Assembly (NCBI GenBank): GCA_017459965.1
Contig: JAFUBW010000014.1
Location: 75,984-139,983 of the forward strand
Length of the DNA stretch: 64,000 bases
Direction: 5' to 3'
Origin: Bacilli bacterium
GTDB lineage: Bacteria; Bacillota_I; Bacilli_A; RF39; UBA660
Position 1 is the stretch's first letter; every line of letters starts with the position of its first letter. The notes under the pieces are model-generated. The model saw only the letters and a list, made by a program, of their open reading frames with translations. It did not search any database and was not told where the DNA came from. A program made the position numbers and the translations under genes. This document shows, piece after piece, positions 19,548 to 27,498 of this stretch.

Positions 19548-20498
19548 ATGTTGCCGATTCAACCAGAGCTTGTACAAAAAGTTAGAAAAATTGATTTATT
19601 AACTTATTTGCAAAACTTTGAACCTGATGAACTTGTTAAAGATTCTAAAGATACATATTCTACAAAGACACATGATTCTTTAAAAATAAATAATGGAAAA
19701 TGGTATTGGTTTTCACAAGGAATAGGTGGATATACTGCATTAGATTATTTAATTAAAGTAAGAGGACTATCATTTTTTGAAGCAATAAATAAATTAATAG
19801 ATAAAGAAGATATTGAAATACCTATAAATAATTATTTCAAAAACACTAGAAAAATATCAAAATTAATACTTCCAGAAAAAAATGATAATAATGAAATAGT
19901 AATTTCATATTTAGAAAAAAGAGGTATTGATAGAGAAATAATAGATTATGCAATAGAAAATGATATGATCTATGAAACAAAAGATAAACATAATGTAGTT
20001 TTTGTAGGTAAGGATTATAATAATAATCCAAGATATGCATTCATAAGAGGAACGAATGAGAATAGATTTATGCATGATGCATCTGGAAGTGATAAAGAAT
20101 ATTCTTTCAGATTGTTATCTAAAACATACAATGAAAGACTTCATATTTTTGAAAGTGCAATAGATTTATTAAGCTATGCAACATTAATGAAAATGAATAA
20201 TAAAGACTTTAAAAAAGAAAATTTTATAGCATTATCTGGAGTTTATCAACCATCAAAAAATAAAACAGACTCAAAAATACCAATAGCAATCTCATCTTTT
20301 TTAGAAAGTAATAAATATATTAAGAAAATATTTCTACATTTAGATAACGATTTAGTTGGAATAAAAGCAGCTGAATCATTAAAAAATAATCTTAAAAATA
20401 ACTATGAAGTTATAGATGGAAAACCATTTCAGGGAAAAGACTGGAATGATTTTTTATTAATAACATTAGAAAATATTAAAAAAAAAGAAATAATTTAA
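19548..20498 (+). CDS. DUF3991/Toprim domain protein (primase-like, conjugative elements)
   Basis: WYWFSQGIGGYTALDYLIKVRGLSFFEAI (DUF3991-type N-terminus). Toprim motifs IFESAIDLLS and LHLDNDLVG. Confidence 0.7.
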   Translation: MLPIQPELVQKVRKIDLLTYLQNFEPDELVKDSKDTYSTKTHDSLKINNGKWYWFSQGIGGYTALDYLIKVRGLSFFEAINKLIDKEDIEIPINNYFKNTRKISKLILPEKNDNNEIVISYLEKRGIDREIIDYAIENDMIYETKDKHNVVFVGKDYNNNPRYAFIRGTNENRFMHDASGSDKEYSFRLLSKTYNERLHIFESAIDLLSYATLMKMNNKDFKKENFIALSGVYQPSKNKTDSKIPIAISSFLESNKYIKKIFLHLDNDLVGIKAAESLKNNLKNNYEVIDGKPFQGKDWNDFLLITLENIKKKEII

Positions 20499-20516
20499 AA
20501 GAAAGGTAGTGATAAA

Positions 20517-20816
20517 ATGAAAGAAAATTATGAAATAGTTATCGAAGATAATGACGAATATAAAATAAAAATAGAGGCAACAGATGTAAAAGATGCAGTA
20601 GAAAAATTTAAAAAGTTTATAAATTTATGTTATAAAAAAGAAATATTTTTAGAAGAATTACCAGAAGACGATGAAGAAATAGAAGTATTAAGTGAAGATG
20701 ATTTTGTAGTCGATGAAGAGTTAGATGACTTAGATGATCTATATGATGAAGAAATTTCTAATATATTATTTGGAAGTAATAAACCAAGAAGAGCAATTAT
20801 CGTGGATTTTGAGTAG
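20517..20816 (+). CDS. Small protein with PcfM-like N-half and a strongly acidic tail
   Basis: YEIVIEDNDEYKIKIEATDVKDAVEKFKKF parallels the 19327 ORF. C-half is EELPEDDEEIEVLSEDDFVVDEELDDLDDLYDEE. Confidence 0.5.
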   Translation: MKENYEIVIEDNDEYKIKIEATDVKDAVEKFKKFINLCYKKEIFLEELPEDDEEIEVLSEDDFVVDEELDDLDDLYDEEISNILFGSNKPRRAIIVDFE

Positions 20817-20841
20817 AAAAATCCTTGTCCTAGCCAGCTCT

Positions 20842-20886
20842 GAATTTTTACTCCTGACATAAAAATTCGCTGTATGGGATAATCCC
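20842..20886 (+). promoter_or_regulatory. Candidate oriT core (inverted repeats upstream of mobC)
   Basis: Perfect IR GAATTTTTA-9 nt-TAAAAATTC (20842-20868), then GGGAT-a-ATCCC (20876-20886), in a locally GC-enriched non-coding stretch. Confidence 0.35.
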
Positions 20887-20999
20887 AAACCCTTAAAGAA
20901 AGAAAAATATAATGATAAAAATAATTTTAGGAATAATAATTGCATTTTTATTATTATTTTTATATTGTTGTTTAAAGATTAATAAATGTGGAGAAGAAA

Positions 21000-21314
21000 A
21001 TGAATAAAAAAAGAAAAATAAAAAAACAATTTTGGTTTAATTCAGATGAAGATAAAAAATTAAAAAAACTTTCTAAAGAAACAAAAAAATGTGAAGCTGA
21101 TATAATTCGTGAATTAGTAATGGATTGTGAGTTGAAAGAAAAACCAGATCAAGAATTTTATAACTTTATTAGAGTTTTATATGGAATAGGAAATAATATA
21201 AATCAATTATCTAAAAGAGCAAATACAAACGGATTTATAGATGAATTAGAATACAAAAAAGAAAAACAAAAATTAGATAAATTTATTGATGATATTCTAA
21301 AAAAATATTTATAG
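21000..21314 (+). CDS. mobC: MobC-family relaxosome accessory protein
   Basis: GIGNNINQLSKRANTNG matches the MobC G.N.NQ..r..N motif, preceded by a ribbon-helix-helix-like N-terminus. ATG follows GGAGAAG. Confidence 0.7.
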   Translation: MNKKRKIKKQFWFNSDEDKKLKKLSKETKKCEADIIRELVMDCELKEKPDQEFYNFIRVLYGIGNNINQLSKRANTNGFIDELEYKKEKQKLDKFIDDILKKYL

Positions 21315-21402
21315 TTAAAAATTTATTAAAATTGTAAATGTTCGCTAGTATTTTAAAAATTAAATTGATATAATTTTATAGGATAGTAAAGGAGACAGCG
21401 AT

Positions 21403-21597
21403 ATGGCACAAATTGATAAATTAATATTAAATGCATTAGATGTACAAAAAATAAGTGGAGCAAATTATTCTTTTGTAATGAGTAAATTAGATAGTTATGA
21501 AAAAAAGATGGAGTTTTTAAATTTTCTAAATAGACATAGAAATGTAATATTAAGTGATAAAGATATATTTATAGAATTAAAAGAGATTGCTGGATAG
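21403..21597 (+). CDS. Hypothetical small protein (64 aa)
   Basis: Own TGATATAAT -10 box and SD AAGGAG. No motif recognised. Confidence 0.45.
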   Translation: MAQIDKLILNALDVQKISGANYSFVMSKLDSYEKKMEFLNFLNRHRNVILSDKDIFIELKEIAG

Positions 21598-21698
21598 CAA
21601 TTTTTTAATGTAAAAAATTAACTAGTAAGAAACTTTTTTATGTTGCATATAATAAATTTATGATATAATGATTTAAAAGAAAAGGTAGGAGTGATTGT

Positions 21699-22529
21699 AT
21701 GCAATGTGTTAAATGTAAGAAAAAAATAGACAATGTAGATGTTTATTGTGGTTATTGTGGAATTCATCAAGAAAAGTATAAAAAATATTTAGAAAAGGTT
21801 GAAAATAAAGTTCATAAAGATAGGGACAGAGAATATAACAAAAATGTTAAAAATGCACAAAATAAATTACAACAATTGCAAAAAAGTAGAGAAAAAGAAA
21901 TTCAAAGAATAACTAGTGAAAGATGGGAAACTATTGGAAATAATGCATTATCATATAACATGACTGAAGGTAAAGTAATAGTTAATGGATCAACATATTT
22001 ATTCTCTGATATTAAGGGTGCTGAAATAGTTAAACAAGATTCTTCTAGAGTAGTAACAAATACAACTGAAACAAGTAAAGGTAAATCAAAAAAACATGCG
22101 TCACTTGGTGGTGGATTATTAGGGGCTGCCGTTGCTGGTCCAGTAGGAGCTGTTGTTGGTGGTTCAGTATTAGGAAAAACTACATCAAAAGGAAAAACAA
22201 ATGTAGTAACCAATTCAAATGAAATACCAACATGTTATCATATTGGTGTTAATGTAGATATAAATGGTTTTTCTACTGAAATAGTATTATTATCAAATAC
22301 AGTAGATCAATCAAGTAATATTCATAATAATACAGTTAGAATTGCTCAATTAATTGTTGATAAATTAAGAAGTTTATCACAAACACCAGTTCCAAAAAAA
22401 TTTTTAAAACCTGAAGAAGAACAATCAGTTCTTGATATTGAAAAAGAAATTGAGGAGGCTGCTAATGAACTTAAAGTAGTTTCTGATAACAAACCAACAT
22501 ATGAAATTCCTGAAAGTTATTTGAAGTAG
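21699..22529 (+). CDS. Zinc-ribbon protein with coiled coil and an internal glycine-zipper segment
   Basis: CVKCKK-x10-CGYCG N-terminus, K/E coiled coil, GGGLLGAAVAGPVGAVVGGSVLG. Confidence 0.6.
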   Translation: MQCVKCKKKIDNVDVYCGYCGIHQEKYKKYLEKVENKVHKDRDREYNKNVKNAQNKLQQLQKSREKEIQRITSERWETIGNNALSYNMTEGKVIVNGSTYLFSDIKGAEIVKQDSSRVVTNTTETSKGKSKKHASLGGGLLGAAVAGPVGAVVGGSVLGKTTSKGKTNVVTNSNEIPTCYHIGVNVDINGFSTEIVLLSNTVDQSSNIHNNTVRIAQLIVDKLRSLSQTPVPKKFLKPEEEQSVLDIEKEIEEAANELKVVSDNKPTYEIPESYLK

Positions 22530-22541
22530 GAGGTTATTATT

Positions 22542-23660
22542 ATGAAAATATGTAAGAAATGTAAAAAAGAATATAAAGAAGATTATATTTATTGTCCAAA
22601 ATGTGGGCAACCATATGATGACAATATGAAAAGAGTAAAAACTCCTGGAGATGTAAGTGGATCTGCCACAAGCATCATAAAACTAATATGTAATATTATT
22701 TTATATATTATAGGATCAATTACAGCATTTGTTTTCTTGATTACTACTATTGAAATGCCAGTTGCAGGTATTATTGGTGTATTGTTTGGGTTAAGTTTAT
22801 TTCCTGTATTTTATAGACTTATTGAAGAAAAGACTAATATTAATAAATACGTGTTAATTGCAATTAGAATTGTCTTACCTTTTATTTTATTTATTACAAT
22901 GTTAATTGCAGTTCCATCATCTGATACAAATGAAAAAGCAATAAATAAATCATATTATTGTTTATATGAGGATAAAACTGGAAAAGCTGAAATAGAAGGA
23001 TTAACTTATAGTTATAATTTTAATCATTATATTATGGAAAATAATTTATTATCTGTAGAAACATTAATCAAATATAAATTTGATAAAGAAAATTCAGCAT
23101 ATAATTATTACAAACAAAATATTAATGATTGGAATGATTATGAAGTAAATCTACTTGACAAAGAAATAATGATGTTCAAAAAAGAATCCGGTTTGAAAGA
23201 TCGTAATTTAAAATCTATTATTTCGTTGCAAGAAAAAACAGGTTCATTATGTTATGATAAAAATACATATATAATAGGTAGATTTGATTCTGAATATGCA
23301 TTATTTACTAGTAATAAAGAAAAAGCAAAAAAGTATTTAGATGGTATGACATCTGCAAATAATTCATCACAAAATAATAATCAACAATCAACACAAAATA
23401 ATAACCAAACTAGTGAACCAGCATATATGGAATATTTAAGAAAATGTACAGTTATGGAAGCATATGATATTGTTACTACAGGTGTAGGTAATAAATCAGG
23501 AAATGCATATGTTGATGCTAAAAAAACTTGTGAAGGATTTTATTCTAGTTTTGGCGAAAAAGATTTTGTAGATGCAGTTTCTACTGATTGGAATAGTGAA
23601 CAAAATAATACGATTAATGGAAAACCTTTAACAGAATGTATTAAAGATTTAGGTTGGTAA
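22542..23660 (+). CDS. Zinc-ribbon membrane protein
   Basis: CKKCKK-x10-CPKCG N-terminus, then about 4 TM segments, then a soluble domain with an N/Q-rich linker. Confidence 0.6.
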   Translation: MKICKKCKKEYKEDYIYCPKCGQPYDDNMKRVKTPGDVSGSATSIIKLICNIILYIIGSITAFVFLITTIEMPVAGIIGVLFGLSLFPVFYRLIEEKTNINKYVLIAIRIVLPFILFITMLIAVPSSDTNEKAINKSYYCLYEDKTGKAEIEGLTYSYNFNHYIMENNLLSVETLIKYKFDKENSAYNYYKQNINDWNDYEVNLLDKEIMMFKKESGLKDRNLKSIISLQEKTGSLCYDKNTYIIGRFDSEYALFTSNKEKAKKYLDGMTSANNSSQNNNQQSTQNNNQTSEPAYMEYLRKCTVMEAYDIVTTGVGNKSGNAYVDAKKTCEGFYSSFGEKDFVDAVSTDWNSEQNNTINGKPLTECIKDLGW

Positions 23661-23673
23661 GGAAGAAAAAATT

Positions 23674-24477
23674 ATGAAAAATAAATTATTTGTAGGATTG
23701 TTGGTATTTGTAACATTATTTATGTTAACAGGATGTGGAAATTCTTGGAAAAGTAAATTTGAAGTATCGAAGATTAAAATAAAAGATGATTATATTATTG
23801 GAAAAATAAGGAATAAAACTGATTTAGCATATGATTTAAAAATAACTTTTGATTTAAAAAGTGGTTCATTGATAGATAATGAAACTTGTAATCTGATTAT
23901 AAAACCAGAAGAAACTAAAGATTTAGATTGTCTTGCAATGAATCATGATGACTATGATGTAAATATTTCTAATATTGAATTTACTGAGAAGAAGATACCA
24001 AAGTTAAGTAATGGCAAGATAAATAGTGATGCTTTTAAATATCATTTTGATAAAATATATGAAAGTCATACTTATAATTTTGTTTCATTTACACTAGTTA
24101 ATGATGATTTTGAAGACAAATATCCTTATTTAGATACTATTGAATATGATGAAGAAAATAATAAAATCAAAATAACAGGAAGTATAATGAGCAATACAGA
24201 TTATATGAGCTTTATTGAAACATTTAACACTAAAACAAATAAATTAGATAATATTAGTTTTTTGATTAGAACTACTGATGAAGAATTGAAAAGTCAATTA
24301 TTGACTAAAATATCGGCAATGCAATCTTTCGGATATGGAAATTCTATTGAGATGTTAACTGCTTTAAAATATGATATACCAGAAGGCAAATGTTATAAGG
24401 TTGGTTATGAATGGTGTGTTTCTTCAAATATAGATAAGGGAACTGGATATTATTTTTATAATATAGATGAACAATAA
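23674..24477 (+). CDS. Lipoprotein (hypothetical)
   Basis: Signal peptide with lipobox LTGC. Confidence 0.6.
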   Translation: MKNKLFVGLLVFVTLFMLTGCGNSWKSKFEVSKIKIKDDYIIGKIRNKTDLAYDLKITFDLKSGSLIDNETCNLIIKPEETKDLDCLAMNHDDYDVNISNIEFTEKKIPKLSNGKINSDAFKYHFDKIYESHTYNFVSFTLVNDDFEDKYPYLDTIEYDEENNKIKITGSIMSNTDYMSFIETFNTKTNKLDNISFLIRTTDEELKSQLLTKISAMQSFGYGNSIEMLTALKYDIPEGKCYKVGYEWCVSSNIDKGTGYYFYNIDEQ

Positions 24478-24546
24478 ATAATAATTTTAAAATTTAGTGT
24501 TGTGTAATAAAAATACAGGTGAAATAATAAATTTAGGAAAATAGAT

Positions 24547-24572
24547 GTAAGTTTAAAACTTACTCTTTTTTT
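24547..24572 (+). terminator. Rho-independent terminator
   Basis: GTAAGTT-taa-AACTTAC followed by TCTTTTTTT. Confidence 0.6.
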
Positions 24573-24626
24573 GTTTAAAGGAGGAATAAATACTAAATGT
24601 GATATAATAAGTATAGAGGTGTTATT

Positions 24627-26609
24627 ATGACTAATCTATTAAAGAAAAATAAAAAATTAATGAAAGAATATAATTATAATAAAAATACTGATATAGATTT
24701 AGAAAAAATAACAGAAGGAATGGGATTATCAATTTGGTGGAAGTGTTCTAAATGTGGACATGAATGGCAAACTAGAATTAATCATAGAACAAAAGATGGA
24801 ACAGGTTGTCCGATTTGTTCAAGAAAAGATTCTTATACTAAGCTGTTAGAAGAAAAAGGTTCACTATTGTTTAATCATCCTGAATTAATGAATGAATGGA
24901 ATTATAAAAAAAATGATATTGACCCTAATGCAATTTTAGATGGAAGTAATGTATTAGCTTGGTGGGTATGTAACAAATGTGGACATGAATGGAAAGCAAG
25001 GATTGCTCAACGAACAAAAAAGAATACTGGATGCCCAAAATGTAGTCAAGAACAAGGGAAAAAAACTTTGTTAAAAGGATTAATTCAGGAAAAAGGGTCC
25101 CTTGCTGAAACAAACCCTGAGTTAGCAAAAGAATGGAATTATGAAAAAAATTATAATTTAACACCATATATGGTTATAGAAAAATCACCAAAAAAAGTTT
25201 GGTGGAAGTGTTCTAAATGTGGACATGAATGGCAAATGAGTTTATATAATAGAAGCAAAGGAGGACATTGTCCAAAATGTTTAAGAATTGAAAAATCTAT
25301 TGCTCAAGCTACTCCAATTAAAGGTATTAATGATTTATTATCTCAAAAGCCAGATTTATGTAATGAATGGCATCCAACAAAGAATGATGTTACTCCTGAT
25401 AATATAACTGTTTCTTCAAATAAAAAAGTATGGTGGTTAGGAAAATGCGGACATGAATGGAAAGCAACTGTTGGGAGTAGATCTTCTGGCACAGGATGTC
25501 CAATATGTTTAAAAGAATATAAAATATCTTATCCAGAAAAAATTATTTATTATTATTTAAAGAAATCTATTAAAAATCTTGAAGTATTTGAAAACTATCA
25601 TCCTGATTTTTTAAAACAAAAAGAATATGATATTGCAATTCCATCAATTAGAATTGGAATAGAATATGATGGATATAATTGGCACAAATCATATCAAAGA
25701 GATAAAGAGAAGGATACAATATCAGAAAAAAATAATTATACAATAATTAGAGTACGAGAAAGTAAATGTGAAAAATATGATAGTAGCTCAATAAAAATAT
25801 ATTACGATGAAAAAAATAATGAAAATTTAAAAGAAGTAATTATCAAAATATTAAAAATTATTTTTGAAATAACACATGAAAATTATAAATTAGATTTTGA
25901 TTTGGAGCGAGATAATACTTATATTTTAGAATTATTAGAAATGAATAAAAAAGATAATTCAATTGCTAGTTTATTTCCAAATGTTATTAAGGAATGGCAT
26001 CCAACAAAAAATGGTACATTGAAACCAGAATATATTTCTGCACATACACATAAAAAAATGTGGTGGATTTGTCCAAAAGGGCATGAGTATCAAATGGTCG
26101 TTAAACACAAAACAGAAGATAATTGCGCTTGTCCTATATGTAGTAATCATAGAATTTTGTCAGGATTTAATGATTTGAAAACTTTGAGACCTGATATAGC
26201 AAAAGAATTTGATTATGACAAGAATAAACCATTAACACCGGATAAAGTTGCAGTTAGTGCTAATTATAAAGTTTGGTGGATTTGTCCAAAAGGACATAGC
26301 TATTATTATAGTGTTGCACATAGAACTTACTCCGGAAGAAATTGCCCAATATGTTCAAATAGACAATTGTTATTAGGATATAATGACCTTGTTACAGTGA
26401 ATAAAGAAATAGCTAAAGAATGGGATTACGAGAAGAATAATGGATTAAAACCAGAAGATTTTACACCTATATCTGGAACTAGGGTATGGTGGAAATGTTC
26501 TACTTGTGGACATAAGTGGAGTATAAAAATATCTAATAGATATATAAAAGGAAATGGTTGCCCAAAATGTGCTGGAAATAAAAGATGGAAAACCAGAAAA
26601 AGCAAATAA
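24627..26609 (+). CDS. Multi-zinc-ribbon protein (7 treble-clef-like modules) flanking a Vsr/DUF559-like PD-(D/E)xK endonuclease core
   Basis: Module repeats seven times: NPEL..EW...KN....P.......KVWW.C.KCGHEW......R..G.GCP.C. Central EYDIAIPSIRIGIEYDGYNWH...RDKEKD......YTIIRVRE. Confidence 0.7.
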   Translation: MTNLLKKNKKLMKEYNYNKNTDIDLEKITEGMGLSIWWKCSKCGHEWQTRINHRTKDGTGCPICSRKDSYTKLLEEKGSLLFNHPELMNEWNYKKNDIDPNAILDGSNVLAWWVCNKCGHEWKARIAQRTKKNTGCPKCSQEQGKKTLLKGLIQEKGSLAETNPELAKEWNYEKNYNLTPYMVIEKSPKKVWWKCSKCGHEWQMSLYNRSKGGHCPKCLRIEKSIAQATPIKGINDLLSQKPDLCNEWHPTKNDVTPDNITVSSNKKVWWLGKCGHEWKATVGSRSSGTGCPICLKEYKISYPEKIIYYYLKKSIKNLEVFENYHPDFLKQKEYDIAIPSIRIGIEYDGYNWHKSYQRDKEKDTISEKNNYTIIRVRESKCEKYDSSSIKIYYDEKNNENLKEVIIKILKIIFEITHENYKLDFDLERDNTYILELLEMNKKDNSIASLFPNVIKEWHPTKNGTLKPEYISAHTHKKMWWICPKGHEYQMVVKHKTEDNCACPICSNHRILSGFNDLKTLRPDIAKEFDYDKNKPLTPDKVAVSANYKVWWICPKGHSYYYSVAHRTYSGRNCPICSNRQLLLGYNDLVTVNKEIAKEWDYEKNNGLKPEDFTPISGTRVWWKCSTCGHKWSIKISNRYIKGNGCPKCAGNKRWKTRKSK

Positions 26610-26796
26610 AAAGATATAATTTTAAATTTAATCCAGACATATTAATGGTAGATATGTTTATTTGGATATGCTCTAGTACAGTTATGTTTGTAATTGTACC
26701 TACAATATATAGATTTATTTATAACAAACGAGAACAAAAAAATAGAAAATAATATATTTTAAATGTATGTTATAATATTATTAGTGGGTGATACTT

Positions 26797-27033
26797 ATGA
26801 CTATAAGTGAAATTAAAGAAACATTAACAAAGTTTGATAGTGTATCTTTTAAATTATATTCATTAATATATATAATTGAAAAGAATATTGACGGAACTTA
26901 TTCAATATATCCAACATCAATGCCAAAATCAAAAAGATATTACAGAACACTTGATGAATTATTAACTAAATATAGAATATTCGGCGAGAATATAATTCAA
27001 AATGAAGATAGAATTAGAAAAATAAACAACTAA
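26797..27033 (+). CDS. Hypothetical small protein (78 aa)
   Basis: Start set at the ATG after GTGGGTGAT. TGTTATAAT upstream. No motif recognised. Confidence 0.45.
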   Translation: MTISEIKETLTKFDSVSFKLYSLIYIIEKNIDGTYSIYPTSMPKSKRYYRTLDELLTKYRIFGENIIQNEDRIRKINN

Positions 27034-27048
27034 GAAAGGAGCAGTTAT

Positions 27049-27417
27049 ATGAATAAAGAAAATGCATTTTCACAACTAAAAGAAGAAGTTGAAAAAGGAA
27101 ATGTATCTGAGATAATAACAAGAAAAAAATCTTTACCTAACGAATATGAAGATTATTTGATGAAAGAAAAGCATTCGCTGATATCTAGTGATAATGATAA
27201 TAAAACTGTTTATATTAATAAAACATTAAAAGATTTTTTAAGCGAAAAATCTAAAAAAGAAAAATATGATAAAAAAGAATTAAAAAAATTAGAAAAATTA
27301 GAGAAAGATATTAAATCTTTAAAAAGAGATAATACATCAAACGATAATTTAACATTAAACGAACAACAAGATGAGCTTAAAAGAATCGCTAGAAAAAATA
27401 ATTATGAAATAAGATAA
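27049..27417 (+). CDS. Hypothetical K/E-rich protein (122 aa)
   Basis: SD AAGGAG. Predicted coiled coil. Confidence 0.45.
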   Translation: MNKENAFSQLKEEVEKGNVSEIITRKKSLPNEYEDYLMKEKHSLISSDNDNKTVYINKTLKDFLSEKSKKEKYDKKELKKLEKLEKDIKSLKRDNTSNDNLTLNEQQDELKRIARKNNYEIR

Positions 27418-27457
27418 AAAAATAATTGGTCTCAAGAAGATTTTGCAGATAAGTATA

Positions 27458-27488
27458 AAGAATACTAAATGAAAGTATTCTTTTTTTT
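27458..27488 (+). terminator. Rho-independent terminator
   Basis: AAGAATACT-aaatgaa-AGTATTCTT followed by a T-run. Confidence 0.7.
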
Positions 27489-27498
27489 ATGAGAGAAG

